The notes: generated from the letters alone by a model not told the origin. Shown: positions 8,036 to 18,959, numbered from the stretch's first letter. The stretch is 57,293 nt of DNA from Patescibacteria group bacterium (GCA_043802665.1 JAZDKW010000002.1:1-57293), one strand, 5' to 3'. Numbers and translations: made by a program.

Positions 8036-8824
8036 ATGATCTGGGATTGGCTGTGGAGTTACCGTAAATTAGTACTCTTGGAAGTGATCCTACTTGGCCT
8101 TCTGGAGGCGATGTACTGGTGGCCGAAGCTACTCATTTGGTGGGTGGGAGCGGCTGTTTTAGTGGTAACTTTATTCGCTTGGTGGATTAGTAACGCCAAA
8201 TTCCAGCGCGATGTCGCAATATTTTCCGCGGAACTATTGTGGAGCGTATTATCTGGTATAGGGTTTTTGTCGTTTTCTTTGTTCAATCTTTGGCAAGCTC
8301 AACTGACAATTGTGGTGATAGCGATAGTGGCGGCGTTTATTGCATACTGCCACCAGCACCGGATTGACTCTGGTCACTGGAGCTTGCCAGCAATGAATTG
8401 GTTAGGATCGGTGAATTTGCTGATTCTTTTTGTTGCTACATTATCTTTGATGTTGCTGGTCAGGTTCTATCATATAAGTGTAGTCTGGTTGATGGTAGCC
8501 ACCGCTGTTCAGCTTATTTTGGCGTTGTATCTGTTATTTTGGCGACAAGATTTGCCCCGAAAAAAGCTATGGTTATATGCTGTGCTATTAGCCTTGATCG
8601 GGGAGGAAATAGTCTGGATGACTAGTGCTTGGTATAAGAATGCTTATTTTAAAGCCTTCCTACTCCTGGTAGTATATTATTTATTCTCCGAGCTGGTGGC
8701 GCATTATTTAAGAGGCAATTTGACGGTGCGGGTTGCGTTTGAATATATTGGAATAGCCTTAGTTTTAGTGTTGGCGCTGTTTATCTTCGATTGGTTGTTT
8801 ATTCTGGTTCCTAGTATCTTATAA
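8036..8824 (+). CDS. Polytopic membrane protein, function unknown
   Basis: 262 aa, multiple hydrophobic helices. Confidence 0.7.
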   Translation: MIWDWLWSYRKLVLLEVILLGLLEAMYWWPKLLIWWVGAAVLVVTLFAWWISNAKFQRDVAIFSAELLWSVLSGIGFLSFSLFNLWQAQLTIVVIAIVAAFIAYCHQHRIDSGHWSLPAMNWLGSVNLLILFVATLSLMLLVRFYHISVVWLMVATAVQLILALYLLFWRQDLPRKKLWLYAVLLALIGEEIVWMTSAWYKNAYFKAFLLLVVYYLFSELVAHYLRGNLTVRVAFEYIGIALVLVLALFIFDWLFILVPSIL

Positions 8825-8841
8825 TTAATAAGTTCAAATAG

Positions 8842-9960
8842 ATGGACAAAAAGGCACTGGATTATTTTTGGTACAGTTTATTCGGTGGTGTTTTAGGTGG
8901 AGCTTTACTGATTGGTTTATTTGTTTGGGGCGGTTGGTATCAATACAAAGGTACGGGTTCGGTTGCCCAACTGGTCAATCGGCAAGAAACAGTTACCTTG
9001 GAGGAGGATTCTGCCATCATTAATGTTGTAGCTAAAGTATCCCCTTCGGTGGTGAGCATTGTATCCACCCGCAATATCCAAAGTATTTTTGGTAATTTTG
9101 AACAGAAGGGGGCAGGCACAGGATTTGTCATCAAGTCCAATGGCCTGATTGCTACTAATCGGCACGTAGTGAGCACCCAGGCTGATTATACCGTGCTAAC
9201 TTCTGACGGCAAGAGCTATTCAGCAGAAGTAGTGGCAGAAGATTCTCTGAACGATTTAGCTATAGTAAGGATTAGTGCTAACAATCTGCCAGTAGCAGAT
9301 TTAGGAGATTCAGATGCCTTAAAAGTAGGCCAGCGCGTCGTAGCTATTGGTAATGCTTTAGGGGAATACCAAAATACGGTGACAGCGGGAGTAATTAGTG
9401 CTATTGGTCGAAGCATTACTGCTGGAGGAGGTGACGGTACCTCCGAACGATTAGAGGGGATGATTCAAACTGATGCCACCATCAACCCCGGGAACTCTGG
9501 TGGACCGTTAATTAATTTGGTTGGGCAAGTTGTCGGCATTAATACGGCAGTGGATCTACAAGGAAGTCAGATTGGGTTTGCCATCCCCATTAATAGCGTT
9601 AAGTCGGCGATAGATTCATATTTAGCTTCCGGAAAAATCTCCCGACCAATGTTGGGAATCCGATATATTACTCTTACTAAAGAAGTGGCCGCCCTTAACG
9701 ATATGAGTGTGACCCAAGGTGTTTTGATCACGCGAGGCGATAACCCAGGTGAGTTGGCGGTAACTCCGGGCGGTCCAGCCGACAAAGCTGGTATCAAAGA
9801 AAACGATATTTTAGTGAGTATCGATGGAAAAGAGATTAACGAAAACACCAGTTTGATCTCACTGCTTCGTAAATATAAACCTGGCGATACAATTACTGTC
9901 AAACTCATCCGATCTACTAAAGAAACGCAAGTATCGGTTAAGTTGGGCGAAATGAAATAA
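8842..9960 (+). CDS. HtrA/DegP-family serine protease with PDZ domain
   Basis: TNRHV...DLAIV...GNSGGPL catalytic-triad context, followed by a C-terminal PDZ-like segment. Confidence 0.85.
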   Translation: MDKKALDYFWYSLFGGVLGGALLIGLFVWGGWYQYKGTGSVAQLVNRQETVTLEEDSAIINVVAKVSPSVVSIVSTRNIQSIFGNFEQKGAGTGFVIKSNGLIATNRHVVSTQADYTVLTSDGKSYSAEVVAEDSLNDLAIVRISANNLPVADLGDSDALKVGQRVVAIGNALGEYQNTVTAGVISAIGRSITAGGGDGTSERLEGMIQTDATINPGNSGGPLINLVGQVVGINTAVDLQGSQIGFAIPINSVKSAIDSYLASGKISRPMLGIRYITLTKEVAALNDMSVTQGVLITRGDNPGELAVTPGGPADKAGIKENDILVSIDGKEINENTSLISLLRKYKPGDTITVKLIRSTKETQVSVKLGEMK

Positions 9961-10067
9961 AAAACCCCCGCATCAAGCGGGGGGAAGGCGGATTTAGCGC
10001 AGTCCAGCCTCCTTCTTAAAAGTGCAAAATTATTCTTTATAATACAATATTTCATTTCGCCCAATCC

Positions 10068-10092
10068 AAAAACCCGCTCGATGCGGGTTTTT
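10068..10092. terminator. Bidirectional intrinsic terminator between the htrA-like gene and the 10112-10810 gene
   Basis: AAAAACCCGC-TCGAT-GCGGGTTTTT. Confidence 0.7.
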
Positions 10093-10111
10093 GGTAATTT
10101 CTGAAGATAGA

Positions 10112-10810
10112 TTAATCGCGCTGTCTGATTTCTTTGCGCATATCGTCCAAAGCTTCACTGGCGGCTTTTTGACCTCCCAGACCAAAGGCAAGGCCTCCGG
10201 CTAAAGCGATCATGAAGAAGATAGCCATCATCAAGTAGTTGATGATAACGCTGGCTACTCCCAATTGATTCAGGGCGATGAGGATAGTAAAGATCCAAAT
10301 AACCCATTTGGTAACTGTAGCCAAGAAGTTAGCTGAACGGATGTGGGCAACACCAACGGCCCCTCTCACTACATGAGCAAAGAAGTTGGCAGCCAACATA
10401 CCAATTAGCATAATAGCGACGGCGACAAAGATGTTCGGTACGTAGTTGAGAATCTGATTAAGGAAATCAGTGACTTTAGCAAGCCCCAACACATCAGCGG
10501 CGGCCAGGAAGGCTATCAAGATGATAGTCCATCTGACTAACCCACCGATAAAATCGGAGGTTTCGAAGTCAACCCCGGCTTTGCGGAAGAAATTCCGAAA
10601 ACCAATTTTGTTTAAAGCTGCGTCTAACTTGATCTGCTTGAGGATCTGGGTTACTAGTCGATCTAAGCCATTGGCGATGATCCATCCGATGATTAGGATG
10701 AGCAAAGCGCCAACTAAGTTTGGCAGAAAGACTAAAAACCGATACCAGATGTCCTGCAGAGGGGTAAGCACAGCCGTACCCCAATTATTAAGAAGATTAT
10801 CTCCTTGCAT
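10112..10810 (-). CDS. Membrane protein (TM-helix-repeat / mechanosensitive-channel-like), function uncertain
   Basis: 232 aa with 4-5 TM helices. The N-terminal pattern resembles conserved TM helix repeat proteins. Confidence 0.6.
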   Translation of the reverse strand: MQGDNLLNNWGTAVLTPLQDIWYRFLVFLPNLVGALLILIIGWIIANGLDRLVTQILKQIKLDAALNKIGFRNFFRKAGVDFETSDFIGGLVRWTIILIAFLAAADVLGLAKVTDFLNQILNYVPNIFVAVAIMLIGMLAANFFAHVVRGAVGVAHIRSANFLATVTKWVIWIFTILIALNQLGVASVIINYLMMAIFFMIALAGGLAFGLGGQKAASEALDDMRKEIRQRD

Positions 10811-11015
10811 AAGCGGCTCCTTTCAAATTAATATAAATTAATAATAACTTGGCTAAGGGTAAATAAAACATCACAACTTTTCCCTGAGCGCACTTCCTTT
10901 GTCAAAGTCCTGATGCTCTGCTGATATTATAATTCAAATTAGTCCAGCTATCAATTGATGGTTAAGGTAAAATGCGATTTTTGTGTTGCAGATAACATAA
11001 ACTCCCCATTAGCTG

Positions 11016-11099
11016 TGGTGGACGAGGAGAGACTCGAACTCTCATGGGTTGCCCCGCTAGCTCCTAAAGCTAGTGCGTCTACCATTTCGCCACTCGTCC
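11016..11099 (-). tRNA. tRNA-Leu (anticodon UAG), CCA encoded
   Basis: Reverse complement is GGACGAGTGGCGAAATGGTAGACGCACTAGCTTTAGGAGCTAGCGGGGCAACCCATGAGAGTTCGAGTCTCTCCTCGTCCACCA. It folds as a cloverleaf with a long variable arm and anticodon loop TTTAGGA. Confidence 0.9.
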
Positions 11100-11214
11100 C
11101 GTTAGAAGTATCGCATATTTGGGCACTGGCGATACTAACTGACGAAATAAATAATTAAGCCTTTGCCGCCCCGGAAGGATAGAGACTTCTAACGGGACGA
11201 GTCCACTGATTAAA

Positions 11215-11799
11215 TTATATAGTAATTATATCTTTCAGTTTGTCGTATTTAGCAGAACTGATGCCAGTAACTTTCATCAGGTCTTCTTTGCGCTTGAATG
11301 GGCCCTTTTTTGTGCGATAGTCAATGATGTAACCAGCTGTAACTGGGCCAATGCCAGGCAAGGTATCCAGCTCGGCCGAGCTGGCCGTATTAATGTTCAC
11401 TGGCCCAGCGATCGAGGAGCCGCTTATACTGCTCACGATAGTATTACCAGCAGGAGGAACAGCTCCTTTAATGGGGATATAGATTTTACCATGATTAGCA
11501 AGCAGGGCCGCTCGGTTGATCGTGCGTGCTAACAATTCTGCATCGGCTTGGTCAGTAAGACCGCCAGCCTTTTGGATAGCATCTTCGATAATTTGTCCGC
11601 TGGCTAACTCGTATACTCCCGGCTGAGCAACAGCACCTGCGATATCAATTGTCACTGGTTCGCCGGCGACTACAGTTGGAGTAGTGTCCTGGCTGTGCCG
11701 GATGATAAAATAAGCTCCCACCAAGATGCTTAATGTTAGCACTACCCCCAAAGGAAGGGCAATGCGGTCTAATAATTTTTCATAATCGAAAGTCATCAT
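11215..11799 (-). CDS. comEA: ComEA-family DNA-binding competence protein (SLBB + helix-hairpin-helix)
   Basis: N-terminal TM segment and C-terminal NINTASSAELDTLPGIGPVTAGYIIDYR...GPFKRKEDLMKVTGI. Confidence 0.8.
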   Translation of the reverse strand: MMTFDYEKLLDRIALPLGVVLTLSILVGAYFIIRHSQDTTPTVVAGEPVTIDIAGAVAQPGVYELASGQIIEDAIQKAGGLTDQADAELLARTINRAALLANHGKIYIPIKGAVPPAGNTIVSSISGSSIAGPVNINTASSAELDTLPGIGPVTAGYIIDYRTKKGPFKRKEDLMKVTGISSAKYDKLKDIITI

Positions 11800-11877
11800 C
11801 CTCAGCTTACCCCGTTAGAAATAGCACTGCCATACCGCACTGATTATAATTTATCATTACCACTCTAATGGGGTTTA

Positions 11878-11927
11878 CTAAAAAGAAACCGGAACCTGGT
11901 ATAAATGATGATAGTTGGTTCCGGTTT
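11878..11927 (-). terminator. Intrinsic terminator of the 11934-12266 gene
   Basis: AAACCGGAACC / GGTTCCGGTTT stem, followed on the minus strand by TTTCTTTTT. Confidence 0.55.
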
Positions 11928-11933
11928 AGTGGG

Positions 11934-12266
11934 TCAAGTTTTTTCGACGCATTGTTGTTTCTCCTCTTCCTTTTTCTTTGCTTTGGCCGCTCTTTTGGCC
12001 TTTCCTTTGTTGGAGGCTATCGGCAAGGGTATTTTGATTTGTTTGCTACCCTGGCACCGTTTGTGGTCCAATTGGGGGCCAAACTCCGTTTGCCGGATGG
12101 GCAAGGTTGTGCTGAGCTGTTGCTTGATCCTGAACAGCATGATTGGGGATATCCCCCCTAACTGTTCGTCGATGTCGTCTGCTAAAGTATCATCCCCAGT
12201 ATCAAGCCATCTTTGGCACAGCTCAACCAGAGTGCTTTCTTTGCTTTGCCTTGGAGTTTCAGGCAT
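11934..12266 (-). CDS. Small hypothetical protein with lysine-rich C-terminal tail
   Basis: 110 aa. A strong SD (AAGGAGGTG) lies 7 nt before the ATG. The overlapping plus-strand ORFs lack such signals. Confidence 0.65.
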   Translation of the reverse strand: MPETPRQSKESTLVELCQRWLDTGDDTLADDIDEQLGGISPIMLFRIKQQLSTTLPIRQTEFGPQLDHKRCQGSKQIKIPLPIASNKGKAKRAAKAKKKEEEKQQCVEKT

Positions 12267-12345
12267 GATTGTTCACCTCCTTTCAAGGTGATAAGTAAAA
12301 GTACAGATGGTAAAACTTGACCAAAAATTGCACCACCTCTTTTAT

Positions 12346-14382
12346 TTACTCAGAATGGGGGAGAAAATTCAACTGGAGTTTTTGCTTAAGCGCGGGATGG
12401 TTTTTGAGCAGGGGATCTGTTTGGATTAGATTGATAGCGGCTTGATGAGTAGTTTTGATTAATTTTTCATCCATTAGATTGGCAATTTTTAATCGTAGGA
12501 AACCGGATTGCTGGGTGTCAAAGAAAGCACCGGGACCGCGTAGTGCCAAATCCATTTTAGCGAGAGCAGTGCCATCCTTAATTTTGATAAATGCCCGAAG
12601 CCGTTCGGAATTTTCCAGATCGTCCGTTTTGGTTTCTATCAAGCAGTACGATTGAAGCGTACTGCGTCCTACGCGTCCACGTAGTTGGTGCAGTCCTGCC
12701 AAACCAAAGCGCTCGGCGTCCTTGATCCAAATAACGGTGGCGGTAGGGATATCAATGCCTACTTCAATAACAGAAGTGGCCAGCAAAATATCTATTTGTC
12801 CGGCTTTGAAATCGCGCATAATTTTGAGTTTTTTTTCGGCTGGTATGCGGCCGTGTAAAGTAGCGGTCCTGGCCTTAGGGAAAAGGCGAGATAGATTTTT
12901 TATCTCTGAAGCAATCGAGGCCCGCTGGGTTTTTGTATCCTCCGCAATAAGAGGAGTAATAACAAAGATCTGATGGCCAGTCACAATTTCTTTATTAATT
13001 AATGCTTGTACCCGAGTGAGATTATTGGCTGTGGCCAGACGGGTGATAATCGGCAAGCGTCCGCGGGGGATATCGGTTAATGCTGAAACATCCAAATCAC
13101 TAAATAGAGCTAAAAATATAGTTCGGGGAATGGGAGTAGCACTTAGGCTAAGAAAATGTGGGGAAGTCCCTGCAGATTTGTTTTTTAGTTGATAACGCTG
13201 AGCGACGCCGAAGCGGTGTTGTTCATCCACAATCACCAAGTTAAGGCGGTCAAAAGCGACCTGTTTTTGGATAAGAGCATGGGTGCCGATAACGAGATCA
13301 ATTTTACCCTCAGCAATTTCAGAAGCAGAGGCCAATTTAATGCTCCCAGTCAGAAGGGTGGTCCGGATACCAAACTTCTCCATCAAAGGGGAAAGGCTGT
13401 AATAATGTTGCACGGCCAAGACTTCTGTTGGAGCCATTAGAGCTACTTGATAACCATTTTGGACACTGGCTACAATAGCGGCGGCGGCCACCACTGTTTT
13501 ACCAGAGCCGACATCACCCAGCAAAAGGCGATTCATAATCCGGCTGGAAGACAGGTCACGTAGAATATCTTTAATAGCACGGATTTGACTAAGGGTGAGT
13601 CGGAAATCTAATTGGTGGGAGAACTTATCCATAAAATCATTAGTAGTGGTGATGGGCTGGCTGGTTTGTTGGTTCCAGGTATGTTTGATAAAAACCAAAC
13701 TCAATTGGATCATAAAGAGTTCGTCAAAACTAAGGCGATATTTAGCTCGGTCGAGCTCGGGGAGGGAAGCTGGAAAATGAATGTTCTCTAAGGCAGTGGC
13801 CTGGGACATTAGCTGGTATTTTTTCACGATTGATTCCGGCAAGATTTCTGGTTGGTGACGAAGAGTGTTCAGAAGTGTTTTCATAACGCGGCGGATGACC
13901 TTGCTCCCAATGCCTGCTGTCTCTGCATAAATGGGCACAATGCGACCAGCATGCAAGGGAGCATGATCCTGATCAACTCGTTCAAAGACTGGGCTCATCA
14001 GTGTAGGCTTGTTTTGATATGTGCCAACCTTACCGCTAAAAAAATAAGTTTCTCCTTTCTTGAGCGTGGTCTGCAAGTAAGGCTGGTTGAACCAAGTCAC
14101 CGGTAATGGCCCGCTCGAGTCTTGAATGATGCCATTACTGATAAACATTCTTTTATATGGCGAACGGAAATGGGCGAGAGAAATTAACTTGGCTTGGGCG
14201 GTTATTCTATGGTCGGGTTGGGCCTGGGCGAGAGGGGAAATTACGCTAAGATCCTCCCAGCGGCGAGGATAGTTATCTATAAGATTGGCCACGGTTAAAA
14301 CCCCTAATTTTTGGAATTTTAGGGCTAAAGCCGGGCCGATACCCGGTAGATTGCTGATTGGGTCTGTAAAGAGGAAAAACAC
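12346..14382 (-). CDS. recG: ATP-dependent DNA helicase RecG
   Basis: 678 aa with a wedge/OB N-terminal region, GDVGSGKT (Walker A) and DEQHRFGV. Confidence 0.9.
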   Translation of the reverse strand: MFFLFTDPISNLPGIGPALALKFQKLGVLTVANLIDNYPRRWEDLSVISPLAQAQPDHRITAQAKLISLAHFRSPYKRMFISNGIIQDSSGPLPVTWFNQPYLQTTLKKGETYFFSGKVGTYQNKPTLMSPVFERVDQDHAPLHAGRIVPIYAETAGIGSKVIRRVMKTLLNTLRHQPEILPESIVKKYQLMSQATALENIHFPASLPELDRAKYRLSFDELFMIQLSLVFIKHTWNQQTSQPITTTNDFMDKFSHQLDFRLTLSQIRAIKDILRDLSSSRIMNRLLLGDVGSGKTVVAAAAIVASVQNGYQVALMAPTEVLAVQHYYSLSPLMEKFGIRTTLLTGSIKLASASEIAEGKIDLVIGTHALIQKQVAFDRLNLVIVDEQHRFGVAQRYQLKNKSAGTSPHFLSLSATPIPRTIFLALFSDLDVSALTDIPRGRLPIITRLATANNLTRVQALINKEIVTGHQIFVITPLIAEDTKTQRASIASEIKNLSRLFPKARTATLHGRIPAEKKLKIMRDFKAGQIDILLATSVIEVGIDIPTATVIWIKDAERFGLAGLHQLRGRVGRSTLQSYCLIETKTDDLENSERLRAFIKIKDGTALAKMDLALRGPGAFFDTQQSGFLRLKIANLMDEKLIKTTHQAAINLIQTDPLLKNHPALKQKLQLNFLPHSE

Positions 14383-14687
14383 GATTTTTATGCTCTGGGA
14401 GCTAAAAAGTACTTGATTTAATCAGAAAATAGGAGTATAATAGAAAGATAAGTGAAGGAGGGTTAATCTATATTAAGCTTAACCCCAACTATGAAGAAAA
14501 ACGACCAAATCATCAGTTTCGAAGGAATGCAATTTGATGCTACCAGGAGATCACGTTTACCCCGTTCTCGCCAGTGGAAAGCCCGGCGCCAAATCAAAAA
14601 CCGCCTGGGTATTGCTCGTAATCTGCGCAGTGTTTTCAGCAACCTCTTAAGCTGATAAATCCAAACAGGTTAAACAAAATAGTAAAG

Positions 14688-15881
14688 TTATTGTAGACGG
14701 ACGAATTTGCGTTTGCCTATTTGGATCACCATCTCACTTTGGGGGGTGATTTTTTGTTCAGGATCGGTTATTAACTGCCGATCAATTTTAATAGCCTTTT
14801 GTTCAATCATGCGTCGGGCTTCGGATTTGGAATCGACTAAACCCGCCACGACCAGCAAATCAATCATGTTGGTCGGCTCCATCGGGATTTTTACGGTGGA
14901 GATGTCTTCGGGTAACTCACCTTTCTGGAAAGTTTTAATAAAGTCGGCTTCAGCTTTATCGGCGTCAGCCGAGCTGTAGTACATTGTCACAATAGCTTTG
15001 GCTAACCGGATTTTAATGTCACGGGGGTTAGTACCTGATTTTAGTTCGTTAGTAATATTTGTTAATTCAGTTTCAGGCAAATTGGTGCAGAGCTTCCAGT
15101 AATCCATCATAATAGTGTCGGGGATGGACATAATTTTGCCAAACTGTTCTTCGGGCGATTCAGCGATACCGATATAATTGCCCAGACTCTTGGACATTTT
15201 TTTCACTCCATCAGTGCCCAAAAGAAGGGGCACAATCATAATGTCCTGTTCCGCTTGGTCAAACTTCCTTTGCAGGTCCCTCCCCATTAACAAATTGAGT
15301 TTTTGGTCGGTACCGCCCAGTTCTACATCAGCCTTAAGCTGGACAGAATCGTAACCTTGCATCACGGAATAAAGAGCCTCATGCAAACCTACTTCGCCGC
15401 CTTGCTTTGTGCGCTGTTTAAAATCATCGCGTTCAGTGACTTGGGCGATTGTTACATGAGAAAGGAGTTTAATAATCTGGGCTAAATCCATAGGGGTGTA
15501 CCATTCACTATTGCGCCGAATTTCGCATTTGTTCACATCCAAAATCTTTTCTACTTGTTCCAAATAGGTCTTGGCATTTTGTTCAATTTCTTCTTCGGTT
15601 AATACTGGGCGGGTGGCGTTGTGTCCGCTGGGGTCACCAATTTTGCTAGTATAGTCACCGATTAGAAAAATAACTGTATGACCAGCATCCTGGAATTGTT
15701 TCAGTTTCCATAATGAGACAGCGTGGCCGAGATGGAGATCAGGGCTAGTCGGGTCGACCCCAAGTTTAACGCGAAGTTTTTGCCCTGAGGTCAATCGCTT
15801 AGTTAAACTGGGAAGGGTGATAACCTCTTCCACATTACGGCTAATTATCTGGTCAGCGGAGTTATTATTTGGTTTAACCAT
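14688..15881 (-). CDS. tyrS: Tyrosyl-tRNA synthetase
   Basis: HLGH (class I HIGH variant), KMSKSLGN and a C-terminal S4-like domain. Confidence 0.9.
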   Translation of the reverse strand: MVKPNNNSADQIISRNVEEVITLPSLTKRLTSGQKLRVKLGVDPTSPDLHLGHAVSLWKLKQFQDAGHTVIFLIGDYTSKIGDPSGHNATRPVLTEEEIEQNAKTYLEQVEKILDVNKCEIRRNSEWYTPMDLAQIIKLLSHVTIAQVTERDDFKQRTKQGGEVGLHEALYSVMQGYDSVQLKADVELGGTDQKLNLLMGRDLQRKFDQAEQDIMIVPLLLGTDGVKKMSKSLGNYIGIAESPEEQFGKIMSIPDTIMMDYWKLCTNLPETELTNITNELKSGTNPRDIKIRLAKAIVTMYYSSADADKAEADFIKTFQKGELPEDISTVKIPMEPTNMIDLLVVAGLVDSKSEARRMIEQKAIKIDRQLITDPEQKITPQSEMVIQIGKRKFVRLQ

Positions 15882-15983
15882 AGTGATTTTCTTACGTCTT
15901 GATTATAGCAGAATAGGGACACCAGGATTTAGATTAACTGCTACTTTGTTATATAATGGGTTTTGTAAAAAGTAATCAAATCG

Positions 15984-18800
15984 GTGAAAGAATTACTTCC
16001 TTTTCAAAATAATTCTCGTGTCGCACGGGAACGGTGGCATCGCCGGGCGATTTCGCGTCGGCGGAAACGGCAGGTTGCTCATTGGTTGCGTCGGTTAGGG
16101 ATTGAAAGTATTCCCAAACTTATTTTAGGCGTAGCGGTGGTAATAATTTTGTTGATGTCTTTTTTGTCAGCGGTTTTAAGTATCGGTCTGCCCAACCCGG
16201 CCAGTATGACTATTCAAAAGCCAACAGAATCTACCAAGGTTTTGGATCGTAACGGAGTGGTGCTGTACGACATTTATAACGAGCGGCGTCGGACATTGGT
16301 ATCATTTAATGACATTCCCGATGTAGTGAAACAAGCCACTGTGTCTGCCGAAGATAGCAAGTTCTATCTACACGGAGGATTTGATATTCGCGGATTAATC
16401 CGGGGTTTAATTTTGAAGCCTTTGTCGGGCCAAGGAGTGCAAGGTGGGAGCACCATTACTCAGCAGTTTGTTAAAAACAGTTTTCTTACCCCCAGTCGGT
16501 CAATTATTCGGAAGATGAAAGAATTCATTTTGGCGGTAGAGATTGAGCAGTTATACACCAAAGACAAGATTTTAGAGATGTACTTAAACGCCATCCCTTA
16601 TGGCAATGCCTATTATGGAGTAGAAACAGCGGCGGAGGGGTATTTTGGCAAGTCGGTTAATGAAATGAGCTTGGCAGAAGCAGCTACCCTGGCGGCATTG
16701 CCGCAAGCTCCGTCGTATTATTCACCGTTTGGGGGTGACTATGAAAAACGACTTCTGCCCCGCAAGGACTGGGTATTAGAGCGGATGTTTAAAGAAGGTT
16801 ATATTTCTGATAAACAAATGCAGGAAGCTCAAACCGAAGAATTAGCTTTCTTGCCGCGCCGAGACAGTATTAGGGCACCGCATTTCGTGATGTATGTAAA
16901 GGAATTGTTATCAGAGAAATATGGTGAGCGATCGTTAGAAGAAGGCGGTTTTACCGTTACCACTACGTTGGATTGGGAGAAACAGAAAGCGGCGGAAGAT
17001 ATTATCGCCGCTCGGGCAGAGAACAACCAGGAAAAATATAATGCCAGCAATGCCGCTTTGGTTTCCATAGATCCCAACACAGGAGAGATTTTGGCGATGG
17101 TGGGATCGGCTGATTATTTCAATACAGATATTGATGGCTACGTTAATGTGACAGTGCGGGAGCGCCAGCCGGGTTCAGCATTTAAACCCATTGTATATGC
17201 GGCAGCTTTCTTGAAGGATTATAATCCTGCCACTATGTTAATGGATGTCCATACCGATTTCGGGAGCGGATATGATCCATATAACTATGACAATAAGTTT
17301 CGGGGACCGGTTTCGGTGCGGACTGCTCTGCAAAATTCATTAAATGTACCGGCGGCAAAAACCTTAGCTTATGTGGGGGTGAATGCCGCTATCGATTTGG
17401 CTCACAAGATGGGCATTACTACAATGACCGAACCGGATAGGTATGGCCTATCATTAGTTTTAGGAGGAGCTGAAGTTAAGTTATTAGATCTTACATCGGC
17501 TTATGGAGTTTTGGCTACGGGTGGCAAACGAGCCAAACCAATGTCTGTGCTCAAAGTGGAAGATAGCCGGGGGCGGGTTTTAGAAGAGCACCGACCAGAT
17601 ACTTTGCGAGAGGTTTTAGACCCGGAAGCGGCTTATTTAGTTAATAATGTTTTAAGCGATGATGCCGCTCGGGCCTATACTTTTGGGGCAGGGGGGCACC
17701 TGACCTTATCTGGCCGACCAGTTTGTGCCAAAACCGGGACTACTCAAGATTATCGCGATGGTTGGACGGTAGGTTACACTCCCGATCTTGTTACTGGAGT
17801 TTGGGTAGGCAACAATAATAATACCGAGATGGATCATGCCGCGGGATACACGGTGGCGGCTCCTATCTGGAATGAGTATATGCGCAAGGCGACTGCTAAA
17901 ATGCCGGTGAGGGAGTTTGCTGTCCCGGTAGGGATTCGCTCTGTGGTAGTGGATGAAGTATCAGGGAAATTACCCACTGATGCTACTCCCAGCACCAAGA
18001 CAGAAGTATTTGCGAGTTGGAATGTACCTACCGAACAGGATCCCATCCACAAAAAGGTGCGCGTAGTAAAAGCCAACCCCGATTATTTGGCTCCAGCGAG
18101 TTGGCCCGAAGATCAGACGGAATATAGGGTATTTGCCGAATTACATTCAGAGCGTCCGGATAATTCAGCTTGGGAGGATCCAGTGATCAAGTGGGCCAAG
18201 GAGAATGGTTATAACAATACTCCGACGCAGTACTATGACGGATCTGTGGTTAGTAGCGGTGAGATTAGTATTACTTCGCCCCAGAATGGTGATAAATTAA
18301 CCGGTGGTTTTACTGTTAACGCTACAGTACGCGATGCCGCTGGAGTTCAGGATGTTGGTTTCTATTATGACAGTAGTTTGATACGTAAGGTCAGTTCGGC
18401 CCCTTGGACGGCCGATGTGACCAGCGTAGTATTAGATGGCAAAACCCACCTGGTTACGGCGCGGTTGTTCAAAAAGGATGGTGGTACTATCGAAACTTCC
18501 ATTAGTGTCATAGCGGGGCAGACGCAATCGGATGTGGTAACAATGGATGTCCCCAGTTCTGGCTTTTTCCCGCTGGATTTAACAGCGCGGTTAACCGATA
18601 GGGGCAAACAGACGGATATTACTAAAGTCGAGGTTTATTTAGACAACAAATTAGAAGAATCATTTTTGCCAAATACTTCAGGGAGTTATACAACCCGAAT
18701 TAATAGTGGCATCAAGGGCCAGCATATCGCTTATGCCCAGGTTTATGATAAAGCCGGAGCTACTTATACAAGCAACACTGTTAACTTCGAAACCCGCTAA
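15984..18800 (+). CDS. Class A penicillin-binding protein (glycosyltransferase + transpeptidase) with C-terminal Ig-like repeats
   Basis: EDSKFYLHGG, GSTITQQ, SAFKP (SxxK) and KTGTT. About 200 extra C-terminal residues. GTG start. Confidence 0.9.
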   Translation: MKELLPFQNNSRVARERWHRRAISRRRKRQVAHWLRRLGIESIPKLILGVAVVIILLMSFLSAVLSIGLPNPASMTIQKPTESTKVLDRNGVVLYDIYNERRRTLVSFNDIPDVVKQATVSAEDSKFYLHGGFDIRGLIRGLILKPLSGQGVQGGSTITQQFVKNSFLTPSRSIIRKMKEFILAVEIEQLYTKDKILEMYLNAIPYGNAYYGVETAAEGYFGKSVNEMSLAEAATLAALPQAPSYYSPFGGDYEKRLLPRKDWVLERMFKEGYISDKQMQEAQTEELAFLPRRDSIRAPHFVMYVKELLSEKYGERSLEEGGFTVTTTLDWEKQKAAEDIIAARAENNQEKYNASNAALVSIDPNTGEILAMVGSADYFNTDIDGYVNVTVRERQPGSAFKPIVYAAAFLKDYNPATMLMDVHTDFGSGYDPYNYDNKFRGPVSVRTALQNSLNVPAAKTLAYVGVNAAIDLAHKMGITTMTEPDRYGLSLVLGGAEVKLLDLTSAYGVLATGGKRAKPMSVLKVEDSRGRVLEEHRPDTLREVLDPEAAYLVNNVLSDDAARAYTFGAGGHLTLSGRPVCAKTGTTQDYRDGWTVGYTPDLVTGVWVGNNNNTEMDHAAGYTVAAPIWNEYMRKATAKMPVREFAVPVGIRSVVVDEVSGKLPTDATPSTKTEVFASWNVPTEQDPIHKKVRVVKANPDYLAPASWPEDQTEYRVFAELHSERPDNSAWEDPVIKWAKENGYNNTPTQYYDGSVVSSGEISITSPQNGDKLTGGFTVNATVRDAAGVQDVGFYYDSSLIRKVSSAPWTADVTSVVLDGKTHLVTARLFKKDGGTIETSISVIAGQTQSDVVTMDVPSSGFFPLDLTARLTDRGKQTDITKVEVYLDNKLEESFLPNTSGSYTTRINSGIKGQHIAYAQVYDKAGATYTSNTVNFETR

Positions 18801-18959
18801 GTTCCCCTCCTGCCGGAGGAGGGGCTTGCCCCGTTAGAAGTTATATCATGGGACAAGTAGTATAGTATTGATTATTGAAGAGTTCTTGGCAAGAGACTTC
18901 TAACGGGGTAAAGGGAGGTGGGAGTATAATTCCTCTGGTTTTGTAAAATCAATAAAACT

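Noticed and set aside
9943-10060. 17-bp inverted repeat (TTGGGCGAAATGAAATA / TATTTCATTTCGCCCAA) spanning the htrA stop as a mobile element
   Set aside because: It is a single occurrence enclosing only terminator-like hairpins, with no coding capacity or other copies seen. It is more simply a long terminator structure.
10955-11158. ORFs overlapping tRNA genes (10955-11158, 24994-25206, 27440-27727, 27471-27764)
   Set aside because: They are explained by tRNA-Leu, tRNA-Tyr and tRNA-Thr(GGU) sequences.
14491-14655. 54-aa basic ORF (MKKNDQIISFEGMQFDATRRSRLPRSRQWKARRQIKNRLGIARNLRSVFSNLLS) between recG and tyrS
   Set aside because: The only SD-like sequence (AAGGAGGG) is about 27 nt upstream of the ATG, and there is no recognisable family. 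It may be real but is unsupported from sequence alone.
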